From contig JACQIV010000015.1 of the NCBI GenBank assembly GCA_016198325.1, positions 1,423 to 65,422 on the forward strand: DNA of 64,000 nucleotides, in the 5' to 3' direction. The notes beneath the pieces were generated by a model. The model did not search any database and was not told where the DNA came from. It was given only the letters and a program-made list of their open reading frames with translations. Positions within the stretch are counted from its first letter, which is position 1; every line of letters begins with the position of its first letter. This document shows, piece by piece, positions 8,742 through 19,216 of the stretch. This DNA comes from Candidatus Curtissbacteria bacterium (lineage in GTDB: Bacteria; Patescibacteriota; Microgenomatia; Curtissbacterales; GWA2-41-24). Position numbers and translations under genes: made by a program.

Positions 8742-11700
8742 ATGAGCAATTTCGTACACCTGCACGTACACACTGAATTTTCCCTGCTGGACGGTCTTTC
8801 CAAAATTTCAAAACTGGTAACTCAGGCAAAAATCCTGGGCATGAAACACTTGGCAATAACCGACCACGGAGGAATGTATGGGGCAGTCAAGTTTTATAAG
8901 GAGTGTATTCAGGAAGGAATTAATCCGATTATTGGATGCGAAATGTATATTGCAAAAAGAGGGTACAAAGATAAGGAAATGGGGAAGGATAATGAAAATT
9001 TCCACTTAACGGTTTTTGCGCAGGACTTAGAAGGCTATAGAAACTTAATGAAGCTGGTTACGATATCTCACGAAGAAGGGTTCTATTACAGGCCAAGAAT
9101 AGATAAAGAGTTGCTCTCCAGATACTCGAAAGGATTGCTTGCACTGTCCGGCTGTTCATCCTCGGAGGTTTCAAAAGCGATTATTTCCGGAGATTTAAAA
9201 GCCGCAGACAAAAATATTAAAGAGTACCGTAATATTTTTGGTAAAGACAATTTTTATCTGGAAATTCAAAGACACCAATTTGACCAGTATAAAAAAAATC
9301 ACCCAGAAGGCAGTGAAATATATATGGACTTGGACAGGATGGATAAGGAGGAAAAGAAAATAATTACCGGATCAAAGAAATTATCAAAAGAAGTAAAAAT
9401 TGGAATTGTTGCCACCAACGATATCCACTATGTAAATCAGGCAGACGCTCAGGCACAAGATGCAGTAGTTTGTATACAGACAGGCAAAATGCTTTCGGAT
9501 ATTAAGCGTCTTAGAATGATAGATTCCCCTACGTATTACTTAAAAAGCGCCGAAGAAATGAGCCAACTTTTTTCGGATATTCCTGAAGCTGTCAAAAATA
9601 CTCTGGCAGTTGCAGAAAAAATAAATATCGGGATCCCCCTTGCTCAGGTTGCATTTCCCGCCTTCGATGTTCCAAGCGATAAAACCCCGGAAGAATACCT
9701 AAGAAAAAGATGCATGGAGGGGATAGAGAGCAGGATGGAAAAAATAACTAAAGAAATAAGAGACAGGCTTGACTACGAACTTTCGGTAATTATTCAAAAA
9801 GGATACTCGACTTATTTTCTGGTCGTGTCCGACTTTGTAACATGGGCCCGCGACAAAGGGATAATCTCAACAACCAGAGGTTCAGCGTCCGGAAGCCTGG
9901 TTTCTTTTGCTTTAGGAATAACGACAGTTAATCCTTTATTTTTTAAACTGCCCTTCGAAAGGTTTTTAAATCTTTACCGGCCAACGCTTCCCGATATTGA
10001 CGTGGATTTTGCCGACAACCGCCGGGATGAAGTTATTGATTATGTAAGACAAAAATACGGATCCGGAAAAGTTGCCCAAATTGGTACGTTCGGAACAATG
10101 ATGGCGAGGGCAGCGATAAGGGACGTTGCCAGGGTTCTTGCCTGGCCTTATTCTAGAGCCGATAGAGTTGCAAAAATGGTTCCTCTCGGAGCTCAGGGCT
10201 TCCCAATGTCAATTGAAAAAGCAAAAAAAATCAATCATGATCTCGAAACTCTATATCAGAACGATAAAGAGGTTAAAGAACTCCTCGATCTTGCAGAAAA
10301 AGTTGAAGGTAATGTCCGCCATGTGTCCGTTCACGCTGCGGGAGTTGTAATTGCCCCAAAGGATTTAACTCAGTACACCCCTCTTCAAAAAGAAACTTCG
10401 GGCGAAAAAATAATCACACAATTTGACATGCATGACATCGAGGAAGTCGGCCTTGTAAAAATGGACTTTTTGGGAATTCGGAACCTTTCCATTCTCGGAC
10501 AGGCAATTGAAATTGTCAGGCAGACAAGAGGAGAGGAAGTGGATCTTACAAAGATCGGTTTTGACGATAAAAAAGCGTTTGAACTTATGGCGAAAGGCGA
10601 AACAATGGGTCTTTTTCAGCTTTCCGGTTCCGGCATGACCAGATATTTAAAAGAGCTTAGGCCGACTAATATTTTCGATATCATGGCCATGATATCTCTT
10701 TTTAGACCGGGACCTATGAATTCCATTCCTGAATTTATCGAAAGGAAAAATATAAAGAAAAAAGTCTTGTATTTTGACCCCAGGATGGAAAGTTACCTTA
10801 AAGAGTCTTATGGGGTGATTGTTTATCAGGACGATGTGCTTCTAACCGCAATAAATATTGCTGGTTACAACTGGGAGGAGGCAGATAAATTCCGAAAAGC
10901 AATGGGTAAAAAAATACCTTCGGAAATGGCCAAACAAAAAGAAAAATTTATCGATGGGGCAATAAAAAACGGCATGGGAGGACAAAAAGCGGACGATTTA
11001 TTCAAACTGATCGAGCCATTCGCCGCATATGGATTTAATAAGGCTCATGCCGCCTCATACGCCGTTATAGCTTACCAGACGGCGTACATGAAGGCCAATT
11101 ACCCTGTGGAGTTTATGACCGCTGTAATGTCGGCAGAAAGCGATGACCCCGACAAAATTGCAGCGGCGGTTGCAGAATGTGCAAAAATGAAAATTCTCGT
11201 GCTTCCACCGGACATTAATCATTCTCAAACCGGCTTTACAATTGAAGGCACCGGTGTCAAAAAAGCGATAAGGTTTGGGCTGTCTGCAATTAAAAACGTC
11301 GGCCATGCGGCGATTGAAGCAATTCTTTCGGAAAGAGAATCCGAAGGAGAATTTCAAACTATTGATAATTTTGTCAGGCGGGTTAATCTTAGAGTTGTAA
11401 ACAGGAAAACACTGGAAAGCCTCATTAAAGCGGGTGCAATGGATGCATTCGGAAAAAGGAATGCCCTCCTGGCCATTTTAGATGAATTAAAAAACAGCGG
11501 AACAACACTTTCCAAATCGGTCGCCGAAGGCCAAGGATCCCTTTTCGAAAAAGAAGATTTGGAAAATAAGGTAGGACCTACACGCGCGGTGGTAGAAATA
11601 ATGCAAAAAGTTGAGGAAGCTACAAAAGAAGAAATTCTTTCCTGGGAAAGAGAGCTCTTGGGTTTTTATTTAACGGAACACCCACTCGCGAAATTAAGTG

Positions 11701-12251
11701 CCCAATTGGAAAAACTTGTTTCGCACATGATTTCCGAGCTGGATGACAGTAATTCCGGAAAAATAATAAGAATTGGCGGAATAATTTCTCAAATGAGAAA
11801 AACCTTAACCAAAGTTCGTCAGGAAGAAATGTGTTTTCTCAAGGTTCAGGATACGACAGGTACCCAGGATGTTATCGTTTTCCCAAAAATATACTCAATA
11901 AAAAAACAGTTAATCGACACGGACAGAATAGTAATCATCTCCGGAAAACTGGAAATCGATGAACAAGGTTCCACGCTTATTGCGGAAGACATAAGAAGCA
12001 TTGAAAACGCATTAGATACTAAAACAAACGAAGTTAAACAAATGGAAGTCACTGTTCCTCAAAATGCAGATAGGGTACTCCTTGCCAAAATTTATGAAGC
12101 CTTAAAATCTTCGCCGGGAAACTTGCCGATCACGCTTATCCTGCCGAGCCAAAATGGAGATATTAGACGTTTTCAAGTACCTTTTTCGTCTGCTCGGACC
12201 ATTGAACTCGAAGAACTCTTGCAAAACCTCGGTTGCACAATTCTCTCCTGA
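8742..12251 (+). CDS. dnaE: DNA polymerase III alpha subunit
   Basis: PHP motif HLHVHTEFSLLDG, PDIDVDF, KMDFLG, FNKAHA; C-terminal OB fold. Confidence 0.98.
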   Translation: MSNFVHLHVHTEFSLLDGLSKISKLVTQAKILGMKHLAITDHGGMYGAVKFYKECIQEGINPIIGCEMYIAKRGYKDKEMGKDNENFHLTVFAQDLEGYRNLMKLVTISHEEGFYYRPRIDKELLSRYSKGLLALSGCSSSEVSKAIISGDLKAADKNIKEYRNIFGKDNFYLEIQRHQFDQYKKNHPEGSEIYMDLDRMDKEEKKIITGSKKLSKEVKIGIVATNDIHYVNQADAQAQDAVVCIQTGKMLSDIKRLRMIDSPTYYLKSAEEMSQLFSDIPEAVKNTLAVAEKINIGIPLAQVAFPAFDVPSDKTPEEYLRKRCMEGIESRMEKITKEIRDRLDYELSVIIQKGYSTYFLVVSDFVTWARDKGIISTTRGSASGSLVSFALGITTVNPLFFKLPFERFLNLYRPTLPDIDVDFADNRRDEVIDYVRQKYGSGKVAQIGTFGTMMARAAIRDVARVLAWPYSRADRVAKMVPLGAQGFPMSIEKAKKINHDLETLYQNDKEVKELLDLAEKVEGNVRHVSVHAAGVVIAPKDLTQYTPLQKETSGEKIITQFDMHDIEEVGLVKMDFLGIRNLSILGQAIEIVRQTRGEEVDLTKIGFDDKKAFELMAKGETMGLFQLSGSGMTRYLKELRPTNIFDIMAMISLFRPGPMNSIPEFIERKNIKKKVLYFDPRMESYLKESYGVIVYQDDVLLTAINIAGYNWEEADKFRKAMGKKIPSEMAKQKEKFIDGAIKNGMGGQKADDLFKLIEPFAAYGFNKAHAASYAVIAYQTAYMKANYPVEFMTAVMSAESDDPDKIAAAVAECAKMKILVLPPDINHSQTGFTIEGTGVKKAIRFGLSAIKNVGHAAIEAILSERESEGEFQTIDNFVRRVNLRVVNRKTLESLIKAGAMDAFGKRNALLAILDELKNSGTTLSKSVAEGQGSLFEKEDLENKVGPTRAVVEIMQKVEEATKEEILSWERELLGFYLTEHPLAKLSAQLEKLVSHMISELDDSNSGKIIRIGGIISQMRKTLTKVRQEEMCFLKVQDTTGTQDVIVFPKIYSIKKQLIDTDRIVIISGKLEIDEQGSTLIAEDIRSIENALDTKTNEVKQMEVTVPQNADRVLLAKIYEALKSSPGNLPITLILPSQNGDIRRFQVPFSSARTIELEELLQNLGCTILS

Positions 12252-12289
12252 TTTTGAATTTCAAAGCTAAAAAGGGTATACTTTCCATT

Positions 12290-12568
12290 ATGATTTCCCA
12301 TCAGGGCAAATTTTCGGTTGGCGATACTGTGCGTGTCGTCTTCAGAATAGAAAAAGACGCCAAAACCAGGTCTACCCCCTTTGAAGGGACGGTTATTTCC
12401 ATCCGGGGCGGACAAGACAGTAAAACTTTTACTGTCAGAAAAATTGCAACTGGCAAAGTAGCGGTAGAGAAAATATTTCCGGCCGATTCCCCTCACATTG
12501 AAGACGTAAAAGTGTTATCCTCGCGAAACGTTCGCCGAGCAAAACTCTTCTACTTAAGAAATAGGTAA
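12290..12568 (+). CDS. rplS: 50S ribosomal protein L19
   Basis: FSVGDTVRV, FEGTVI, TFTVRKI, VRRAKLFYLR. Confidence 0.95.
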   Translation: MISHQGKFSVGDTVRVVFRIEKDAKTRSTPFEGTVISIRGGQDSKTFTVRKIATGKVAVEKIFPADSPHIEDVKVLSSRNVRRAKLFYLRNR

Positions 12569-13185
12569 TGTTACCTCCGGATCTTGCCCACGAATTATCC
12601 CTTTGGCAGAAAGGTATCAACTATATTGCAGGAATAGACGAGGTAGGAAGGGGGTCATGGGCTGGCCCTGTTGTTGCAGCAGGCGTAATGCTGCCCAAAA
12701 ACTTTTCTATTCCGGAAGTCTTCGGTGATTCCAAGCAACTAAAACCATATGAGAGAAGAAAACTGGCACAAATTATTACTAAACAGGCAATTTCCTATTA
12801 CATTTCGGAAATTGGCGTATCAGTTATAAACAAAATAGGCATAGGCAATGCGTCTCAAGTGGCATACAGGCAAGTTGTTAAATTTCTGCACCCTAAGCCG
12901 CAGTTTATATTAATGGACGCCTTCTACATTAAGCACCTGAATCGCAAAAACCAGCTGGCAATAAAAAAAGGAGATCAAAAAATAGCCTCTATTGCAGCAG
13001 CGTCAGTCATTGCAAAAGTCTACAGGGATAATCTCATGAAAAAGTTAGCAAGAATCTATCCAAATTACGGTTTCGGGAAGCACAAGGGTTACGGAACTAA
13101 AAGCCACCAAGAAGCTATACGGGTGCATGGATTTTTAAAAGTCCATAGGACCAGCTATAACCTAAAGTTCCTTTTAAATGCCTAA
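12568..13185 (+). CDS. rnhB: Ribonuclease HII
   Basis: AGIDEVGRG, DSKQL, IAAASVIAKV, KHKGYGT. Confidence 0.96.
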   Translation: MLPPDLAHELSLWQKGINYIAGIDEVGRGSWAGPVVAAGVMLPKNFSIPEVFGDSKQLKPYERRKLAQIITKQAISYYISEIGVSVINKIGIGNASQVAYRQVVKFLHPKPQFILMDAFYIKHLNRKNQLAIKKGDQKIASIAAASVIAKVYRDNLMKKLARIYPNYGFGKHKGYGTKSHQEAIRVHGFLKVHRTSYNLKFLLNA

Positions 13186-13528
13186 TTTCATTGGTAAGAC
13201 GGGAGAAGATTTAGCGGTAAAATATTTAAATAAACTAGGATATAAGATAATCGAACGCAATTTCCGTATCAGGGGAGGGGAAATAGATATTGTTGCAATT
13301 GACGGTAAAACCTTGGTCTACATTGAGGTTAAAACCAGGACAAGCCACAAGTTTGGCTTACCGCAAGAATCTGTAACCCCTACAAAGATCAGATTCATAG
13401 TAAGGGCTGCTAAATTTTACAGAAATAACCGAAAAAATCTTCCGGAACTGGAAAGAATTGACGTACTCGCTATCGACCTAATCGACAAAATTCCAAAGTA
13501 TAACCTCATCAAAAATGCATCATTTTAG
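13178..13528 (+). CDS. yraN: YraN family (UPF0102) endonuclease
   Basis: GEDLA, GEIDIVA, IEVKTR; usual position after rnhB. Confidence 0.92.
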   Translation: MPNFIGKTGEDLAVKYLNKLGYKIIERNFRIRGGEIDIVAIDGKTLVYIEVKTRTSHKFGLPQESVTPTKIRFIVRAAKFYRNNRKNLPELERIDVLAIDLIDKIPKYNLIKNASF

Positions 13529-13551
13529 AAAAAGATGTATAATCCCCTCCC

Positions 13552-13965
13552 ATGTCAACCAAAATTGAAACAGGCGAGCAAGGTATTCAACTAAATCTGA
13601 GAGAAGCCACAACCGTCATTATTATTCCCAAAGCCCGCGGATTCGATCGAAGAAACCAAACGGCGCCGTCCGATACCCGGGAAGTTGTTGAGTCAGAGCT
13701 CATCAGGCGGACGGTACAGGATTTTATTGACTTTGGCCCTGAAGACATCGACCAAGGGATTGGTTTAAGTAGGTTAGAAAAAAAACTTAGACTCGCGAAG
13801 CAAGTTTTTACCTTTGAGGACTTTAAATGTTTTCTAAAAAGTGAAATTGATGAAATAGGCCAAGACCTTGAAGGAGCTAAAGCAGGATCAATATCATCAG
13901 TGCTAACAACCGCCTCAAACTTCATAATAGATAAAGCTGAAGAAATCTGGTCCGACCCTAACTAA
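13552..13965 (+). CDS. Hypothetical protein
   Basis: 137-aa ORF filling the gap; TATAAT 8 nt upstream of the ATG. Confidence 0.6.
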   Translation: MSTKIETGEQGIQLNLREATTVIIIPKARGFDRRNQTAPSDTREVVESELIRRTVQDFIDFGPEDIDQGIGLSRLEKKLRLAKQVFTFEDFKCFLKSEIDEIGQDLEGAKAGSISSVLTTASNFIIDKAEEIWSDPN

Positions 13966-14928
13966 TTAAATCTTAACAAGACCAACCGGTTCTTTTCCTT
14001 CAAAAACATCAATAATATTTTGCGCCGCAATTTTTGACATTTGAACCCTGGTTTCCATAGTTGCAGATGCAGAATGAGGCGTCATAACCACATTAGGAAG
14101 GGCAGTAAGGGATTCAGGGATGTCCGGTTCATGTTCAAAAACATCAAGGCCGGCAGCAGCAATGCGTTTTTCACTTAAAGCGTTAATTAAAGCTGTTTCA
14201 TCTATGACTGGTCCACGCGAAGTGTTAATTAAAATTGCCGTTTTTTTCATAGAAGAAAGTTCCCTTTCTCCAATCAAATGCTTAGTGTGTTCATTGAGAG
14301 GGACATGAAGGGTTACTATGTCTGCCTCTTTTACAATTGTGGCAACATCTGCAAATTTTGCTTCAGATAAAAGTTCAAAATCTTCGCTGCGGGAAATATC
14401 AAAATAAAGGATGTTCATTCTGAATCCGTTTTTGGCTATTTGCCCGACAAATGTACCTATTTTGCCTAAGCCGATGATTCCTATTGTTTTCCCCCACACC
14501 TGCGGAGAAACAAAAGAATACGGATCCCACTTTTTATATTTTCCCAAGCGAACAAATTTATCCGCTTCAACAATTTGTTTTACGCATGCCAAAATGAGTG
14601 CAAAAGTATGTTCCGCAACTGATTCTGAAGCAACTCCGGGAGTGTTAGTTACAGCTATTCCTTTTTGTTTGGCAGCAGCAACGTCTATATTATCAAAACC
14701 AACTGCATAATTCGAAATAATCTTAAGGCTTGCACCAGAGGAAGAGATTAAATTCGTGTCTACCTTATCGGTAATTAACGTTATAACAGCATCGTATTTT
14801 GAAAATGCTTCTTTTAACTTTTCACCGGGTAAATCAACTTTGTCATTAACTTCAACCGAGTACCCCTTCTGACGAAGTAGAGTAAGACCTTCTTCGGGGA
14901 TTTTAGAGGTAACAAAAACTGCGGGCAT
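13966..14928 (-). CDS. D-glycerate dehydrogenase / glyoxylate reductase (D-2-hydroxyacid dehydrogenase)
   Basis: GIIGLGKIG, INTSRGPVIDE, GLDVFEHEP, PHSASAT; ATG 14928. Confidence 0.9.
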   Translation of the reverse strand: MPAVFVTSKIPEEGLTLLRQKGYSVEVNDKVDLPGEKLKEAFSKYDAVITLITDKVDTNLISSSGASLKIISNYAVGFDNIDVAAAKQKGIAVTNTPGVASESVAEHTFALILACVKQIVEADKFVRLGKYKKWDPYSFVSPQVWGKTIGIIGLGKIGTFVGQIAKNGFRMNILYFDISRSEDFELLSEAKFADVATIVKEADIVTLHVPLNEHTKHLIGERELSSMKKTAILINTSRGPVIDETALINALSEKRIAAAGLDVFEHEPDIPESLTALPNVVMTPHSASATMETRVQMSKIAAQNIIDVFEGKEPVGLVKI

Positions 14929-14947
14929 TATAAATATTCTAATTGAT

Positions 14948-15949
14948 TTAAAACTCCGAAGCCACCAAGTCGCTTGCAATCTTCCTGTTTCTTTCCAATT
15001 CCTGCAGCGTCAGTAATCCGTTTTGTGGACCCAATTTCTGGATACATGATGCAGAATTTAGAGCACCCCACACCATTGCTTCTTTCATGTCATGTCCAAG
15101 GCATAAAGCCGAAACAAAAGCGCTGCTATAAGCATCACCTGCACCGGTTTTTTCATAAACATTAACTGGTAATATTCCCAGGCGCAAAAAAACAGAACCG
15201 TCCGTAAAGTAAGACCCTTCCTCGCCGTCAGTAATTACAACATTTTTCGGTCCCAGAAGGTGAATTTTATTTAAAAGTTCTTTTGGGGCAATTTCTTGTG
15301 CAACATCTACCCCAAGTATCTTTTTTGCTTCTTCAAGATTAATTATAAAAACTTCCGTCTTCTCCAAAAGCCTGGGATATTTTTTAACGTCCGCTTTTAA
15401 CTGGTATGTACCGGGACCGTAGACGAGTTTAGCATTCGATTTATCTAGGTAATTACAAACGTCATTCACGATATTGGACTCCGTAAAGCTTTCGGATACG
15501 GATGTGTAATAAACAAACGAAGAATCAGCCAGGACCGGCAATCGGTATTGCCACTTTTGGTGATAAACCATCGCTGTCCTTTCGTTTTGAAAGTTGATAA
15601 TCACAGAAAGGTTAGATTCTTTATCCTTTTGCTCAGAGATGTAGTCACTGGAAACACCTGCTTCATCAAAAGCATTTTTTATAAGTTGAGCTGTAGAATC
15701 TCCCCCCAGATTTGTATAAATCGCTGATGTAAGGCCCAACTTTGCGCATCCGACGACGACATTGGCAGCATTGCCAGCTACGGAATGTCCGATCGCATCG
15801 ACAGGAATCTTGTCCCCAAAGCTAAGGCAGATCTTGCAGTTTTCATTATTGAAATTACATTGAACAGAAGCATCGTGAATTTTTATAGAAGTATCGACAG
15901 TCGAATCACCGATGGTAATAATATCGAATTGAGCAGACGTATCGTTCAT
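14948..15949 (-). CDS. PfkB family carbohydrate kinase
   Basis: AGNAANV, ITDGEEGS, EKTGAGDAYSS. Confidence 0.9.
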   Translation of the reverse strand: MNDTSAQFDIITIGDSTVDTSIKIHDASVQCNFNNENCKICLSFGDKIPVDAIGHSVAGNAANVVVGCAKLGLTSAIYTNLGGDSTAQLIKNAFDEAGVSSDYISEQKDKESNLSVIINFQNERTAMVYHQKWQYRLPVLADSSFVYYTSVSESFTESNIVNDVCNYLDKSNAKLVYGPGTYQLKADVKKYPRLLEKTEVFIINLEEAKKILGVDVAQEIAPKELLNKIHLLGPKNVVITDGEEGSYFTDGSVFLRLGILPVNVYEKTGAGDAYSSAFVSALCLGHDMKEAMVWGALNSASCIQKLGPQNGLLTLQELERNRKIASDLVASEF

Positions 15950-16566
15950 ATCGAGAATATTGTGTGTTCGTGGTCGTGATTTTTGGAATCGAGCAATTTC
16001 TCAAAATGGTTGATAGCCGTTATTACTCCCTCCGGTTTATCAACAATTTTAAATACTTGTCGCTCCTCAGCCCTTATATACATGCCTTTTGTAAAAGCAA
16101 AAATAATCTCCTGCCAGAAATTACCATATAAAATCAATGGTTTATGGTGACCAAAATACAACCTTGCCAGTCCCCAGGCCATACCGAATTCGGAAATAGT
16201 ACCTGTGCCCCCGTTAAAAATAATATAAGTTTGACCAAGTTCAAGAAGTTTTAAAGTTCTTTCCAAGTAGGTGTCGACGATAATTAATTCATCAACTTTG
16301 TTAGTCTGGTCCCTTCCTTCAAATTCAGGAATGTCCTTTGGAAAAAAAGTAACACCGATTGCTTTCCCACCGGCGTCTTTTGCGCCCATAGTCGACGCTT
16401 TCATCACACCGGGGCCGCCCCCGTTTATTATTGTATAGCCCGCTTTGGCAAGTAGTTGTGCGACTTCATAAGCAGCTTTAAATGGATCGTCAGCTTCCTT
16501 AGCATCGGCGTAGCCCAAAAAAGTAACATTTTTTATTAAATTATTATCGTTACTTTTTGTATCCAT
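15946..16566 (-). CDS. LOG / Rossmann-fold nucleotide-binding protein
   Basis: NGGGPGVM, GGTGTISE. Confidence 0.85.
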   Translation of the reverse strand: MDTKSNDNNLIKNVTFLGYADAKEADDPFKAAYEVAQLLAKAGYTIINGGGPGVMKASTMGAKDAGGKAIGVTFFPKDIPEFEGRDQTNKVDELIIVDTYLERTLKLLELGQTYIIFNGGTGTISEFGMAWGLARLYFGHHKPLILYGNFWQEIIFAFTKGMYIRAEERQVFKIVDKPEGVITAINHFEKLLDSKNHDHEHTIFSI

Positions 16567-16569
16567 CAA

Positions 16570-17220
16570 TTAAATTTTCCTCGCCTTTTCTATAAGGTTC
16601 ACGAGTTTTTCGTATGCAACTTTAAAGTCATCAGCAGCATATAATGTTGAATTGACGGCCAAAAAATCGGCACCGGCAACAGACAGCTCCGGCGCATTAT
16701 CGAAAGTGATACCCCCATCTACTTCAATAGCTATAGAAGGGTTAATAGTTTTTGCTTCCCGAATTTTATCGAATACTTTTTCTTGAAATTTTTGGCCGGA
16801 AAAACCCGGTTCAACTGCCAAAAGCAAAAGTAAATCAATATCATCAAGCATGTGGCTAACTGCTGCAACAGGCGTCGAAGGATTTAAAGAAAGTCCGGCT
16901 TGTTTTCCGTGATTTTTAATGTGATAAAAAATCTCGGGCAGCCCCGACTCGCCTTCAAAAGGAACGATAATTCGCATAATATGTTCACACCCGATTAAAT
17001 CATCAATGTAATTTTGGGGATAAACGACCATTAATTGAATCTCCAAATTGCTGGAAGATGGATATTTTTTAATAATTTTAGTGTCTATCGTGGTATTTGC
17101 AGCAAACTTTCCATCAATGACATCAACTTGAACCAGATCCGAAACATGTTCTGCCATAAGCAATCTTTTATGGTATGTTGCCTCGTTGTCGGTCAAAATA
17201 GTCGGAATTATTTTGCTCAT
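16570..17220 (-). CDS. rpe: Ribulose-phosphate 3-epimerase
   Basis: DVIDGKF, LNPSTP, VEPGFSGQKF, EVDGGI. Confidence 0.9.
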   Translation of the reverse strand: MSKIIPTILTDNEATYHKRLLMAEHVSDLVQVDVIDGKFAANTTIDTKIIKKYPSSSNLEIQLMVVYPQNYIDDLIGCEHIMRIIVPFEGESGLPEIFYHIKNHGKQAGLSLNPSTPVAAVSHMLDDIDLLLLLAVEPGFSGQKFQEKVFDKIREAKTINPSIAIEVDGGITFDNAPELSVAGADFLAVNSTLYAADDFKVAYEKLVNLIEKARKI

Positions 17221-18560
17221 AATTCGTAATATTTTCCCGTCTCCGGAATTATCGACACAATTCCAATTTTTGTTGAAACAGTGTTTGCGATGGCTTGGGA
17301 TTCTTCCGGTTCTCCATGAACGAAAAAAACTCGCTTCAAACCGGCTATCGATTTTATGTAGTTTTCTAGCTGGGGTGCGTCTGCATGAGCACTGTAAGAT
17401 CCAATTGCTTTAACTTTTGCGTTCACGGGGACTCTTTCACCGTGAATTTTAACTTCTGTATCACCATCTAATATTCTTCTACCTAAACTTCCTTTAGCTT
17501 GGTAGCCAACAATTAATAACGTATTCTTTGAATCAGGCAAATATCTTTTTGCGTGGTGAAGTATTCTGCCACCATTCATCATTCCCGCCCCAGCAATAAT
17601 AACCTTGGGACTGGGTGCATCGTTGATTTCCTTTGACTCATCTACTGTTTGGGTAATTTGTACTCTCTCAAGTCCAAAAAAGTCGTTATCCAAGTGATTA
17701 CTTCTAATATTACTGCCTAAAAATTCAGGATACTTTCCATAGACTGCTGTAACCTTTTGGGCAAGAGGAGAATCCAGATAAAACATTGGCCTGTTGCAAC
17801 CTTCAATACTGCAAAAATGGTCTATGTCGTGAAGAAGTTCTTGCGTTCTTTCAATTGCGAATGAGGGAATTAACAATACACCACTATCCTTGATTGTATT
17901 TTCAAGGACCCAAGCAAGTTTTTGAGTTCTTAAATTAATGTCTTCGTGCGTACGTCCCCCGTAAGTACTTTCGCTGATCAGATAATCGGCAGACGCAACA
18001 CGTGTGGGAGATTCTAAAAGTAGAGAAGGATTATTTCCAAGGTCGCTTGTATATGCCAGCTTTTTGCCTTCTGCTTCTATTACGCAGACACATGACCCGA
18101 GTATATGCCCTGCGTTTAATAAAGTTAGTTTTATTCCGGGAACTATTTCTATTCTTTCACCATAAGGTATCGTCTCAAAAAGCGGAACTGTCCTTTCCAG
18201 ATCTGCAAGATCGTATAGTAACTCACCACCGTGTTTTTCAACCTCATCGTGCATAAGCTTTTCATTGTCCGCAAGTACCAGTTGTGCCAGTTCTTTGGTT
18301 GGCCCTGTAGAATATATCCTTCCCCGAAATCCTTCTTTAACTAGTTTTGGTGTTCTGCCGACATGATCAAGATGGGCGTGGCAAAGAACTAAAGCGTTTA
18401 TTTCCGAAGGTGAATACCCAAAACCAGAGAAGTTTTTTTCCTCATGAAGTCGCGGTCCTTGAAATAACCCACAGTCCAGAAGAATTTTTTGATTCCGCGA
18501 CTCAATAAGAATATTAGAACCCGTAACCTCCGAGCAGGCGCCATGAAAAGAAAGCCGCAT
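17217..18560 (-). CDS. MBL-fold / beta-CASP ribonuclease (Ysh1-like)
   Basis: EVTGS, LDCGLFQG, HAHLDHVG, AGHILGS, ESTYG, SAHAD, VHGE. Confidence 0.92.
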   Translation of the reverse strand: MRLSFHGACSEVTGSNILIESRNQKILLDCGLFQGPRLHEEKNFSGFGYSPSEINALVLCHAHLDHVGRTPKLVKEGFRGRIYSTGPTKELAQLVLADNEKLMHDEVEKHGGELLYDLADLERTVPLFETIPYGERIEIVPGIKLTLLNAGHILGSCVCVIEAEGKKLAYTSDLGNNPSLLLESPTRVASADYLISESTYGGRTHEDINLRTQKLAWVLENTIKDSGVLLIPSFAIERTQELLHDIDHFCSIEGCNRPMFYLDSPLAQKVTAVYGKYPEFLGSNIRSNHLDNDFFGLERVQITQTVDESKEINDAPSPKVIIAGAGMMNGGRILHHAKRYLPDSKNTLLIVGYQAKGSLGRRILDGDTEVKIHGERVPVNAKVKAIGSYSAHADAPQLENYIKSIAGLKRVFFVHGEPEESQAIANTVSTKIGIVSIIPETGKYYEL

Positions 18561-18591
18561 AATTTAAGTATCAAGTATCGCACGAATGCAA

Positions 18592-18852
18592 TCAAGTAGA
18601 AGAGGGTACGCCAAGGGCTGTTTCTAATTTTATTTTGTCAAAACCCAGGATAAATTCTTTTTGACCATTTTCTTTTTCAATAACAGTCAGTGGGACACCC
18701 ATTTGGCCTGAAAGCTCTATCATTTTTTGGGCTTCCTCCGGATTTTGGTCGACTAGTATTTCACTATAATCAACATTTTTTGAATCTAAATATTCTTTCT
18801 CCATGCGACAGAAGGGGCAGGTTGTTGTTGTGTACAAAGTAACCCTTGGCAT
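18592..18852 (-). CDS. Glutaredoxin (NrdH-like)
   Basis: CPFC, GQMGVP, GFD; ATG 18852. Confidence 0.9.
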   Translation of the reverse strand: MPRVTLYTTTTCPFCRMEKEYLDSKNVDYSEILVDQNPEEAQKMIELSGQMGVPLTVIEKENGQKEFILGFDKIKLETALGVPSST

Positions 18853-18865
18853 AAGTATATTGTAG

Positions 18866-19216
18866 TTCTTTATCAAGGCTTTCCTCAAATCGAAAAATCC
18901 TTACCCCTGGTATAAAGACTTTCTCGAAAATGTTGTCCTTGCAAACCCTGGGCTTTTCGCGAATCTCACAAGGCTCGGCGAGCTTGCCTGCGCACTCTTA
19001 ATATTAGGAGGATCCGCGCTTTTGATATTTGCAAAAGATAAACACGCAAAAATACTAATTACTCTAGGTTTGGTGATTGGATGATTCTTAAATTTAATAT
19101 TTTGGCTCGCAGCAGGCTGGACAAGCCCATCAACCGAAAGTCTTAGCTAGCTTATGTTTTTTGTAGCCTTAATAGGTACAGTTTTTCTTGTAAAGCTAAA
19201 AAGGGTCAGCCAATAA
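18866..19216 (+). pseudogene. DoxX/TQO-small-subunit-like membrane protein remnant
   Basis: Frame reads KNPYPWYKDFLENVVLAN...GEL...LNLIFWLAAGWTSPST; no start codon; in-frame TGA (19082) and TAG (19148). Confidence 0.65.

Noticed and set aside
19082-19150. In-frame TGA/TAG as evidence of stop-codon recoding (e.g. code 25)
   Set aside because: TGA and TAG end many intact conserved genes here (pyrE, gatA, dnaE, prs, htpX); the frame also lacks a start, so a pseudogene is simpler
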